A stretch of 20,000 nucleotides of DNA, from IMG/VR virus record IMGVR_UViG_2534681803_000003, positions 54,044-74,043 of that record, one strand, 5' to 3'. The DNA is from an uncultured virus (IMG/VR IMGVR_UViG_2534681803_000003). Taxonomy: Duplodnaviria > Heunggongvirae > Uroviricota > Caudoviricetes. The notes under the pieces are model-generated. The model was not told the DNA's origin and searched no databases. It saw only the letters and a list, made by a program, of their open reading frames with translations. Made by a program: the position numbers and the translations under genes. Each line of letters begins with the position of its first letter. The first letter of the stretch is position 1. Shown piece after piece: positions 8,014 to 15,733 of the stretch.

Positions 8014-8220
8014 TTATATCTCCTCTTGAACAGTAAATTTATCGTTAATTGATACATATCCAGTCACATTACATAAGATGCTATCAACATGAAAAGTCAC
8101 AAAACAGTTGCGCTCAACATCATTTGAATAGAATCTTTTATTACCTGATAACTTGGGGTTATCCCAAGCCCATTGGATAAGTTCAGGTAAATTCATTTCT
8201 TTTTCAATTTTGATTTTCAT
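8014..8220 (-). CDS. Hypothetical phage protein, 68 aa
   Basis: Fills the gap in the operon; MKIKIEKEMNLPELIQWAWDNP. Confidence 0.82.
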   Translation of the reverse strand: MKIKIEKEMNLPELIQWAWDNPKLSGNKRFYSNDVERNCFVTFHVDSILCNVTGYVSINDKFTVQEEI

Positions 8221-8233
8221 TGTTTCCGCCCTT

Positions 8234-8476
8234 TTAAAATAAAGTTAGTTGCTTCTGTTCCTCATATTCCAAACCATGTTGCTTTATATATGTTTCAAGC
8301 TCTTCCGCTGTATCAAATGTCTTTTTCACACCTTGCCAACCTGGTACGATATGTCCGTGAAAGTAATAAGTGCCGTTTACTACATGGATATGTGCCACTC
8401 GTTCGTTATCCTGATACAGATATCTCTTAGATCCAAAGAATTGATTTAGGTATTCTTTACGCGCGCTATCTGTCAT
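8234..8476 (-). CDS. phiPVL orf51-like (SAV1978-type) protein, 80 aa, ending in QLTLF
   Basis: ATG 8476 with AAGGAG RBS 8 nt upstream; sequence matches a recalled conserved S. aureus phage protein. Confidence 0.85.
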   Translation of the reverse strand: MTDSARKEYLNQFFGSKRYLYQDNERVAHIHVVNGTYYFHGHIVPGWQGVKKTFDTAEELETYIKQHGLEYEEQKQLTLF

Positions 8477-8490
8477 GGTCATCACTCCTT

Positions 8491-8691
8491 TTAACAATTA
8501 GGCAGACCAAACGACATGCATTCGTCGTATAGCTCTTCATTACTTATGCTTGCCTTATAGTTTTCAATCACATTGCTAACTTCTTTATGACTCATTGCTT
8601 TAACTTGTTCGTCTGTATATTTTTCGCAGTCTTCTAATTCCAATTGCTCCTGTAATGACATTACGTAATCAACTTGTTTTTGCGTTGCCAT
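8491..8691 (-). CDS. Acidic hypothetical phage protein, 66 aa
   Basis: ATG 8691 with GGAGG RBS; MATQKQVDYVMSL. Confidence 0.82.
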   Translation of the reverse strand: MATQKQVDYVMSLQEQLELEDCEKYTDEQVKAMSHKEVSNVIENYKASISNEELYDECMSFGLPNC

Positions 8692-8693
8692 CG

Positions 8694-8951
8694 TTACCCC
8701 TCCCACAAATCAAATACTCTATCGACATAAAACTTCGCTTTTGCTAAATCCTCATGACCATTCTTTAACGGTGCTCTAGACAAGTATTTGATTGCATTAC
8801 CTATTGCGAATGCTAATTGTGGTGGGTACTGCGCCGTAACTTGTTCAATAAAATCTATAATTTCAATGTTGCCGTATGTGTAATGCGCCGGTTGCTTAAC
8901 ATTGTCTTGCGTTTTGTTCATATCTACTTTTCTGTTACTGATTATGCTCAT
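8694..8951 (-). CDS. DUF3310 domain protein
   Basis: DNVKQPAHY, GNAIKYLSRAPLKNGHEDLAKAKFY signature. Confidence 0.9.
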   Translation of the reverse strand: MSIISNRKVDMNKTQDNVKQPAHYTYGNIEIIDFIEQVTAQYPPQLAFAIGNAIKYLSRAPLKNGHEDLAKAKFYVDRVFDLWEG

Positions 8952-9568
8952 TATGCTTCACTCCATTTCTTGAACATTTGGTTATAAGTGACATCGAACC
9001 AGTACGGATCACGTGAATGTTTTTGTGGTACATCAAATAAATGTGGCTTCTTTCTTCTTAGCTCAGCTTCTTTACGTCGTTGCCTAGCCATTTCACGCTC
9101 TCGCTCCAAAGCTTTTGTTATTTGTATTTCTCTATAGTCGTTTAGCTTCATGCCGAAAGGTGCATCAATTGCTTCCGACATCTCCCAACCCTTCGCAACT
9201 CTGTTTCTAACTATTTCGGGCGTGAGTCCTTTCTTTTTCATCTGCTCATTTTCATATTCAGTGTATTTAGAAGGGGGTTTTTCTTGTGGTGGCGCAATAA
9301 GCGCATCGCCCGTTAGCCCTTTTGCTATCCTGTAATTAATTAGTCCTTTGCTTAGGTTGTACTTTTTAACTATTTCGCTAACAGTCATCATTTTGCCGTC
9401 AACCTTTACTTTCTTAGGCTTTACTACATTTTGTATTAAATCTTTCCCCCTCGCCCCTCTGTCGTACCTAGTAATCAATGTCGATACTTTGATGTCGTAT
9501 TTATCCGATACATCAATAAGCGTCATCAATTTACCGTCTATTCTCACTTTCGTTTTTATGCCCGCCAT
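8951..9568 (-). CDS. PVL ORF50 (SA1788) family protein with expanded tandem HTH-like repeats
   Basis: C-terminal RRKKPHLFDVPQKHSRDPYW family signature; three N-terminal repeats. Confidence 0.85.
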   Translation of the reverse strand: MAGIKTKVRIDGKLMTLIDVSDKYDIKVSTLITRYDRGARGKDLIQNVVKPKKVKVDGKMMTVSEIVKKYNLSKGLINYRIAKGLTGDALIAPPQEKPPSKYTEYENEQMKKKGLTPEIVRNRVAKGWEMSEAIDAPFGMKLNDYREIQITKALEREREMARQRRKEAELRRKKPHLFDVPQKHSRDPYWFDVTYNQMFKKWSEA

Positions 9569-9754
9569 TTATTCCACCTCTACATTTACATTTCTAATTT
9601 TTAAATTGTCATACTCTAGTATTTCGCCAGGATTGTTATATAAGTAATCTGCCAGCGATTCTTTTTCTTTATCCACATCATCAAAATACTGATATTCAAC
9701 TTCTGTAGGTATCCTTATATCAATCGTTGCGTTTATATATGCTTGTTGTTGCAT
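9569..9754 (-). CDS. DUF3113 family protein
   Basis: MQQQAYINATIDIRIPTEVEY signature; 61 aa. Confidence 0.88.
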   Translation of the reverse strand: MQQQAYINATIDIRIPTEVEYQYFDDVDKEKESLADYLYNNPGEILEYDNLKIRNVNVEVE

Positions 9755-9758
9755 TAAA

Positions 9759-10163
9759 TCACTTCATTTCTCTTTTTCTTTTACGTCTGACTTTCACTAA
9801 GTCTTCATATGCTATCCATTCTTGACCTGTGTATTTAGGCGCTTTACATATCCACGTTAAATTCACATCTCTATACTGATATCTGAATATCTTCGCTTTG
9901 ATGTTGGCAACTTCAGTCGCCTTACCTTTAACGTCTATAACTTCAACCAGTTTCCCTTCCTTCCACAAAGAGAAATCGGCTATATACGTAATCGGTCTTT
10001 GTTTCCCGAATTTAGGTTGTAATTCAAATTTCGGTTGTATTTCGATACGATCATAGTTAGTGCCATTCATATTACTTTCTAAATATTGGTAATATTCGCA
10101 CTCTACTTTGCTATCAAATACAATTCCTTTGTACTCAACTTTCTTAGCGTTGTATTTACTCAT
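9759..10163 (-). CDS. DUF1064 PD-(D/E)xK nuclease (putative resolvase)
   Basis: SKYNAKK..FDSK.E..YY, QPKFEL, YIADF and IDVKG motifs; ATG 10163 with GAGG RBS. Confidence 0.9.
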   Translation of the reverse strand: MSKYNAKKVEYKGIVFDSKVECEYYQYLESNMNGTNYDRIEIQPKFELQPKFGKQRPITYIADFSLWKEGKLVEVIDVKGKATEVANIKAKIFRYQYRDVNLTWICKAPKYTGQEWIAYEDLVKVRRKRKREMK

Positions 10164-10173
10164 TGTGCCACCT

Positions 10174-10395
10174 CTAAATATCAAATATCGTTGCTTGTAA
10201 CCCTAGTTCTTGCTCATATAGAAGCCCGTGAGCGCCTTTGAATCGTTTTAGGTCACTATCAGTCATAATTTTCTTTTCGTCGCTGAAATGGGCTCCTGTG
10301 AGCGAATAAACTTCATTCTCATTCTCTTTATACTTGATGATCTTAATATCTTCCGTGCCATCTTCTCGGTATAAGTAATATTTTTCTTTCGGCAT
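10174..10395 (-). CDS. DUF3269 family protein, 73 aa, ending in QATIFDI
   Basis: MPKEKYYLYREDGTEDIK signature; AAGGAG RBS. Confidence 0.88.
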   Translation of the reverse strand: MPKEKYYLYREDGTEDIKIIKYKENENEVYSLTGAHFSDEKKIMTDSDLKRFKGAHGLLYEQELGLQATIFDI

Positions 10396-10397
10396 TT

Positions 10398-10613
10398 TTA
10401 ACACTCCTTAATGTGTGTTTTCTTCCAGTTGATTTCATTCATGATTTTCCTTTTAACTTTGTCATAATCATCAAAAGGCGATAACTCGTTATTGTCCAAC
10501 AATCTATTGACTGCCCAACCAGTTTCTATATAGACATTTGCTACAATCGGGTCGCTTTGCTTTGTCTCTTCATACATCGATTTCAATAAGCTTTTGAATT
10601 GCATGATGTTCAT
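10398..10613 (-). CDS. Conserved hypothetical phage protein downstream of helicase, 71 aa
   Basis: ATGA overlap with the helicase stop; GAGG RBS. Confidence 0.85.
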   Translation of the reverse strand: MNIMQFKSLLKSMYEETKQSDPIVANVYIETGWAVNRLLDNNELSPFDDYDKVKRKIMNEINWKKTHIKEC

Positions 10614-11851
10614 GTGAAAAACCTCTGCGTCTTCTTGTAATACTCAAATTCAATTATTCCAGTTTCTCCGTCTTTGTTTTTGGCTATGTTACATTCAACA
10701 ATAGATTTGCCTGTAATACCGTCATCTTCGTCACGGTTATAGTAATCATCACGGTAAAGTAGCATTGCTAAACTCGCATCTGCTTCTATTCCGCCTGATT
10801 CTTTCATGTCTGATAGCATTGGTCTTTTATCCTGTCTAGACTCGACACCACGATTCAGTTGTGAAAGTAGTACGATGATTGCGCCTGTCTCGTTAGCGAT
10901 TATCTTTAAGTCACGTGATATCTTTTCTACTGCTACACGTCTATCAACTTTCGCATTAGTATCCATCAGTTGGAGATAATCTATAAAAATAACTTGTTGC
11001 TCGTCTGAATGCCTCATTGCTTGTGCTCGGACATCTTGCGGTGTGATATTACTTTTATCAGAAATATCAATACCTAATTTCATGATTTTATCCATCGCAT
11101 TCGTTAACTTTGTTAAATCATCTGGCGTTAAGTTCCTGATTTCTTTTATTTTGGTTAACTCAATACCAGTAATTGTTGATAACATACGTTTCAATACTGA
11201 TGTGCCAGTTGTTTCAAGACTAAAGAAAGATGTTTTATATCCATTCCGTGCTATGTTCAGCATCATGTTTAATGCAAAACCTGTCTTACCCACTGAGGGA
11301 CGCGCTGCGATGACGATTAATTGCGACGGCTCCAATCCCCCTATTTTGTAATCCATGAGCTTATAACCCGTCTTAATTTGCTTCTTAGGGCTATCGCTGT
11401 ATAACTCTTCGACAAACTCCTCAACAAACTTCTTGGTTCCGTCTTCTTTTTTGTTAGTAATCGTTTTTAAATCCTTGAGTTCATCAATCAAGTTGTTAAA
11501 GTTTTGGTTCGTAGGTTGTTGTTTGAACTCAGTGACCAACTCATTCGCTTTGTTAATTTGATAACTTTCCAATAATTCTTGTTGGTAACGTTCAAAGAAG
11601 CCGTATCCAATGAAATCGGAGTTATAAAGTTTAGTTATAGTATCTGCATCTAAAAATTCTTTATCTTTAGTTGCTTTTAAATAGATTTCTTGATGATCTA
11701 TCTTTCCGGCGTCCATTACATAATTGAAAAAGGTTTTAAACTTTTCGTTAGTAAACATGTAATCTTTAACTCTTATCTTTTCTAGTACGTCCGGTTGTTT
11801 AAGTAGCGTAGCGATTATTGTGCTTTCAATTTCAAATTGTCCGTAATTCAT
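10610..11851 (-). CDS. dnaB: Phage DnaB-like replicative helicase
   Basis: Walker A AARPSVGKT, FSLE, IFIDYLQLM, LSQLNR, SGGIEADA and AKNKDG motifs. Confidence 0.96.
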   Translation of the reverse strand: MNYGQFEIESTIIATLLKQPDVLEKIRVKDYMFTNEKFKTFFNYVMDAGKIDHQEIYLKATKDKEFLDADTITKLYNSDFIGYGFFERYQQELLESYQINKANELVTEFKQQPTNQNFNNLIDELKDLKTITNKKEDGTKKFVEEFVEELYSDSPKKQIKTGYKLMDYKIGGLEPSQLIVIAARPSVGKTGFALNMMLNIARNGYKTSFFSLETTGTSVLKRMLSTITGIELTKIKEIRNLTPDDLTKLTNAMDKIMKLGIDISDKSNITPQDVRAQAMRHSDEQQVIFIDYLQLMDTNAKVDRRVAVEKISRDLKIIANETGAIIVLLSQLNRGVESRQDKRPMLSDMKESGGIEADASLAMLLYRDDYYNRDEDDGITGKSIVECNIAKNKDGETGIIEFEYYKKTQRFFT

Positions 11852-12204
11852 TCGTTATCGCCCCCAAATTCTGCCAACTTATTCATGAAGTTATCTAGCG
11901 CTATTTTTCTTTGTCTGACATATTCGGGGTCATTCTGCATTTTCCATTGGTGTGTGGCGGTTTCGTTATCTACTGGCTCGATAGATACTTTTTTAGGTGC
12001 CTTACGCATGATTGCTGGTAAGTTAGGCGGGTACGGGTTGTTACTGTTGATATATCCATCTACCGCTTTTACAGTTGGTTGATAATCTCCGTTTTGACTT
12101 AATACATCAATCCACATTTCTAACTTTGGTTTATCAAAATCGATGTTGTATACGTACCTAACTTTTTTAATAATTTCTAACGCTTGTGTTTTGCTCATCG
12201 GCAT
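11848..12204 (-). CDS. Helicase loader/inhibitor (SPP1 G39P-like)
   Basis: 118 aa between initiator and helicase; W..VL...DY and YPPNLPAI motifs. Confidence 0.85.
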   Translation of the reverse strand: MPMSKTQALEIIKKVRYVYNIDFDKPKLEMWIDVLSQNGDYQPTVKAVDGYINSNNPYPPNLPAIMRKAPKKVSIEPVDNETATHQWKMQNDPEYVRQRKIALDNFMNKLAEFGGDNE

Positions 12205-12959
12205 TAGTCATCACTCAATTCTTTTTCCATTTGTGCTATGACATCATCAGTAGTTTCTTTTTTAGAGTTACGAGGTTTCAATTTGTTTTCAGCACTTTCT
12301 TTATCTGAAACGCCTTCTTTATTCCAGTTCTTTAATACAGTTAGTAAGTAATTCAGACCTTTGTTGTTTTCTTTGCAGTAATCGGTAGCGACTTTTACTA
12401 TTTCGAACTGATCTTGCTTAAATGATTTAATTTCGTGTTCTAACTGTTCTGCTTTTAAAGGGTTTTGTATAATTTCTAAATTGGTACTAATATACTTAAA
12501 TGACTTTGAGACGTCGTCTGTCTCTCTATGTTTGTTAGTCTCTGTGTAGTCTATGGTATTGGTCGGGTCATTTTGTCCTCTTGCATCGTGCCATTTTGTC
12601 CTCATCGTCGGGCCATTTTGTCCCGATGGTCGTGCCACTAGTTTGTTTAATGTTTCATAATTGATTGAATACCATTTTGTACGGTCAAATCCAGCCTTGT
12701 TGTAGTTACCTACATGCAATAAATTTTGTTTTTCTAAACTCCCAAATGTCCTTTTTATAGTTCTCTCGCTCCAAAACGGAAATTGTTTTTGCCATTCTGG
12801 ATAAGAATTGAATATCCAAGTTTTACCATCGTATTTATGTTTTGAGTTGTTTAACCAATAATGAATTTGTTGCAATACTATTGCTTCGTTTAATCCTATT
12901 AATTCAGCTAATTTCGGTAATACTTGTATCGGATAGTCATCTATTAGTAACTTATTCAT
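12204..12959 (-). CDS. Replication initiator (N-terminal wHTH, C-terminal DnaD-like domain)
   Basis: IGLNEAIVLQQIHYW wHTH; YLLTVLKNW DnaD motif; internal iterons. Confidence 0.92.
   Translation of the reverse strand: MNKLLIDDYPIQVLPKLAELIGLNEAIVLQQIHYWLNNSKHKYDGKTWIFNSYPEWQKQFPFWSERTIKRTFGSLEKQNLLHVGNYNKAGFDRTKWYSINYETLNKLVARPSGQNGPTMRTKWHDARGQNDPTNTIDYTETNKHRETDDVSKSFKYISTNLEIIQNPLKAEQLEHEIKSFKQDQFEIVKVATDYCKENNKGLNYLLTVLKNWNKEGVSDKESAENKLKPRNSKKETTDDVIAQMEKELSDD
12562..12637. repeat. Iterons of phage replication origin within the initiator gene
   Basis: 19-bp direct repeats RTCGKGYCATTTTGTCC starting at 12562, 12585 and 12607, plus a partial copy at 12629 (22-23 bp period). Confidence 0.85.
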
Positions 12960-13626
12960 TTTTCTCTCCTTTCAGCATTTTGTTGAGCCTCTCATCAACT
13001 TTTATCCACGAGTCATGCAAGTGATATTTATCATCAAACGACTTAACGCCAATCGCATGTTGCTCGTTATGATGTTCGCGACATAACGCTAATACGTGTT
13101 TGTCGTAGTGATTCATCTTGTTTCTGTTCATGCCTCTACCTACTGCTTCGTAATGCGCTAGGTCAGCGTGAGGCTTTCCGCATATTACACAGTTACGGTT
13201 AACAGTTGACCAGTATAAGAATGATTTATCTTGTTTCAGTAGATTACTCGTTTTGTAGCTAAGTGGTATGTCATTGTAGAACGTCCAGTCAAGCGTTGCT
13301 TCAATGATTTGACTTGCTTGTGTTCTCGTACAATTACTTAGCGAAATACGTTCATCATAGCCGTAGTACGTTCTTACAAACTCGATGAACATATGTCTCA
13401 TATAGTCCATTGGTTGACCTGTATGTTCTTCTATGTCTTTGACAAGCGCGAATATTTTTCGACGTTGCTTGCCGGTAATTTGAAACGGATCTATAACGTT
13501 TACATCTACTTCTACATCAAACCCGTTATCAAGTAGTAATGTTTCTTTATTGCCTAATTCGACACCCGAGATGACAACTGTTGTTGTGCCGTCGTCTTGA
13601 GTGATATAACTAGTAATTTTTGGCAT
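12952..13626 (-). CDS. Putative HNH nuclease (DUF968 / HNHc_6)
   Basis: CVICG...DLAH...ALCREHHNEQH Zn/HNH motif. Confidence 0.88.
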   Translation of the reverse strand: MPKITSYITQDDGTTTVVISGVELGNKETLLLDNGFDVEVDVNVIDPFQITGKQRRKIFALVKDIEEHTGQPMDYMRHMFIEFVRTYYGYDERISLSNCTRTQASQIIEATLDWTFYNDIPLSYKTSNLLKQDKSFLYWSTVNRNCVICGKPHADLAHYEAVGRGMNRNKMNHYDKHVLALCREHHNEQHAIGVKSFDDKYHLHDSWIKVDERLNKMLKGEKNE

Positions 13627-13639
13627 TTAATCATTCCAA

Positions 13640-14059
13640 TCAGAACGGTAAGTCAGAAAAGTCTTCTTCGGTATTGTCGAACGGATTATTACCAGTTTGA
13701 GTTTGTCCGTTGTGTTGTTGGTTATTCTGTTTGTTGTTATTCTTCGGTTCTAAGAATTGAACGCTGTCCGCTACTACTTCTGTCACAAATACACGTCGCC
13801 CTTCTTTGTTATCGTAACTGCGTGTTTGTAATCGCCCGTCTACACCTGCCAGTGATCCTTTAGAAAGGTAGTTTTTAACGTTTTCAGCTTGTTTTTTGAA
13901 TACTACTACGTTTATAAAGTCTGCTTCACGCTCGCCTTGAGCATTTGTAAATGTTCTGTTTACTGCTAATGTGAATGTCCCTACATTTACGCCATTTGGC
14001 GTGCTTCTTAATTCTGGGTCTTTTGTTAATCGCCCTACTAATACTGTTCTGTTTAACAT
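13640..14059 (-). CDS. ssb: Single-stranded DNA-binding protein
   Basis: [20 protein letters not shown]-fold; acidic DLPF C-terminus. Confidence 0.97.
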   Translation of the reverse strand: MLNRTVLVGRLTKDPELRSTPNGVNVGTFTLAVNRTFTNAQGEREADFINVVVFKKQAENVKNYLSKGSLAGVDGRLQTRSYDNKEGRRVFVTEVVADSVQFLEPKNNNKQNNQQHNGQTQTGNNPFDNTEEDFSDLPF

Positions 14060-14682
14060 TATTGTTTCTCCTCACTATCCAATTGTTTTAATCCCGCATC
14101 TAATTTTTGGTGTGCTTCTGCGATTTGTTTTTGACTCAATTTATTAATGTTAGAGATTTTTAGCCATCTCATTGTTTTATCTATAGTTGCATCTCGTCCC
14201 TTTTCTTGAGATAAACTCACGAACTGATTGATACGCTCTTCTAATTCTGTAATATCATTGTCACTTGCACTTGGAAGTTCCTCGCCGTTGTAGATATATA
14301 AACCTAAACCGTGTAAAGCCGAAGCTTTAACGAAACATCGTTTTTGCGCTTTGTTAATATCGAAAGTTGTTGCACTACCTTTAGCAAGCGATTTATTTCT
14401 AAAGTCCAATACTGGAAGCCACTCAGTCTCTGTACTATCTTTCACAGTCACAGATACCTGTACAAAATAGCCTTCTGGTGTAGCCAAATAAGGTACAAAA
14501 TAATTTTCTGTGTTAATATCTGGATGTGGAAACTCGTGTACTTTTACTGTGTAGTTTGGGTCAATCTTTTTCAGCTCTTGGTGTGCATATGACCATGCTA
14601 GATAAGTTAATCCATTTTTTTGTTCTGTATGATCATTCACGTTTTTACTGTTCAACTGTTCAAATAATGTTTGTTCAGTCAT
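14059..14682 (-). CDS. Sak (Rad52-like, DUF1071) single-strand annealing recombinase
   Basis: [19 protein letters not shown] and [24 protein letters not shown] motifs; adjacent to ssb. Not staphylokinase. Confidence 0.92.
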   Translation of the reverse strand: MTEQTLFEQLNSKNVNDHTEQKNGLTYLAWSYAHQELKKIDPNYTVKVHEFPHPDINTENYFVPYLATPEGYFVQVSVTVKDSTETEWLPVLDFRNKSLAKGSATTFDINKAQKRCFVKASALHGLGLYIYNGEELPSASDNDITELEERINQFVSLSQEKGRDATIDKTMRWLKISNINKLSQKQIAEAHQKLDAGLKQLDSEEKQ

Positions 14683-14896
14683 GTTCTACCTCCTCGTACT
14701 CAATTGTTTCTGTCACTGTTTTCTTGATTGCTTTGTGATAATCCATATTGATACTCGCTTCTTCCATACCGTTAAACTCCCTAGCTCTATTTCTATTTGT
14801 GGAGTAACTAATATCTGAATTGTTATCAGTTGGTTTGTTAGTTATATAAATTGGCATATCCCTATGACGAATGATATAAGTTACAGTCTGCTTCAT
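14675..14896 (-). CDS. DUF2483 family protein
   Basis: MKQTVTYIIRHRDMPIYITNKP signature; GGAGG RBS. Confidence 0.87.
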   Translation of the reverse strand: MKQTVTYIIRHRDMPIYITNKPTDNNSDISYSTNRNRAREFNGMEEASINMDYHKAIKKTVTETIEYEEVEHD

Positions 14897-14905
14897 AGCA
14901 ACCTC

Positions 14906-15166
14906 CTACCATTTCATGACTAAGTTAATTAGTCTGTCATAATCATCTGCGTTTTCTTCAATCCATTCGTAAATAGATTGATTTAATATGTCTAATGCTG
15001 TGTATAGATCGTTCTCATTAGTTATGTTTATGCCGTCGATAAACTTATCTTCTAAATCTAAGATATTCACCAGAATGCTGTGGTCCTTCTTCTTAACTGC
15101 TAATTTAAAATCAAATCCGTCTACATTAATTACCTTCTGACATACATCGCCTATTTCGTAATACAT
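14906..15166 (-). CDS. DUF1108 family protein
   Basis: MYYEIG...INVDGFDFK...LINLVMKW signature; GGAGG RBS. Confidence 0.88.
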   Translation of the reverse strand: MYYEIGDVCQKVINVDGFDFKLAVKKKDHSILVNILDLEDKFIDGINITNENDLYTALDILNQSIYEWIEENADDYDRLINLVMKW

Positions 15167-15167
15167 C

Positions 15168-15196
15168 TTGACTTCCTCCGTTTTTCGTTTTATATT
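15168..15196 (+). promoter_or_regulatory. Antisense sigma-A promoter (TTGACT-17-TATATT)
   Basis: -35 at 15168-15173 and -10 at 15191-15196, each one mismatch from consensus, exact 17-bp spacer; overlaps the DUF1108 RBS on the opposite strand. Confidence 0.6.
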
Positions 15197-15202
15197 GAAC
15201 GT

Positions 15203-15260
15203 AAGTTTATATTTCTAATTACTTTTCTGTTACCTGTTGGCGCATGTAACAGATTTTTTT
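15203..15260 (+). ncRNA. Predicted ~58-nt antisense small RNA
   Basis: Bounded by the near-consensus promoter and a + strand intrinsic terminator; no ORF. Start site is inferred. Confidence 0.45.
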
Positions 15261-15545
15261 ATTATTTACAAATTCTTCTAAATCTTTTAAAGCTTGTTTA
15301 TATCCCTTGTCATATGCTAATTGTTCAGAATTTCTTGAATATTTAGGGATTTTTACATTGTCGTATTCTCCGTTTAAATAACGATTAATTTTCTCTCTCT
15401 TCTGATCAGTTATTCTTCTTGAACCATTTCTTAACTTAATAAAATAAGTATCAGAGAAACCTAGCAAATATCCTATTTCTCTCACCGTTAAATCTTTTTC
15501 TTTCCTTCTCTTGTCAACTTTTTCCATCAAGTCTTTATCTGACAT
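15219..15545 (-). CDS. XRE-family HTH protein, 108 aa (accessory)
   Basis: ATG 15545 with AAGGAG RBS; RRKEKDLTVREIGYLLGFSDTYFIKLRNG HTH. Confidence 0.82.
   Translation of the reverse strand: MSDKDLMEKVDKRRKEKDLTVREIGYLLGFSDTYFIKLRNGSRRITDQKREKINRYLNGEYDNVKIPKYSRNSEQLAYDKGYKQALKDLEEFVNNKKICYMRQQVTEK
15226..15260 (+). terminator. Intrinsic terminator on the + (antisense) strand
   Basis: TCTGTTAC-CTGTTGGCGCAT-GTAACAGA-TTTTTTT. Confidence 0.7.
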
Positions 15546-15549
15546 CTTT

Positions 15550-15720
15550 TTATTCTCCTTTGTTGTCATAAAAGTATTCTTTATAGAATATGAATGTTGC
15601 GATGCTTGCGAATCCTGCAATTGACCACGCTGTAGTGAAGTATAGAAACGGCATGAGTACAATCGCTAAGACTGTGAAGCATAGCACTGCTACTAGGTAG
15701 CTTTTATAAGTTTTACTCAT
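15550..15720 (-). CDS. DUF1270 family small membrane protein
   Basis: ATG 15720 with AGGAGG RBS; two hydrophobic segments; MSKTYKSYLVAVLCFTVLAIVLMPFLYFTTAW signature. Confidence 0.88.
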   Translation of the reverse strand: MSKTYKSYLVAVLCFTVLAIVLMPFLYFTTAWSIAGFASIATFIFYKEYFYDNKGE

Positions 15721-15733
15721 TTGATAACTCCTC

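Noticed and set aside
12562..12637. Direct repeats as a mini-CRISPR array
   Set aside because: Spacers are only 3-4 bp, inside a CDS, with no cas genes; better explained as iterons
14059..14682. Staphylokinase (sak) virulence gene
   Set aside because: Name collision only; this is the Sak recombinase. No toxin or immune-evasion gene is visible in the window
3234..14738. Numerous + strand ORFs of 60-102 aa (e.g. 3921..4214, 9348..9647, 11043..11351, 13597..13863)
   Set aside because: They lie antisense to well-supported genes, lack RBSs and have shadow-frame composition
15546..15662. N-terminal extensions in the ORF track (also at terS, rinB, dut, cI and int)
   Set aside because: They overlap upstream genes or regulatory DNA; downstream ATGs have clear RBSs or match family starts
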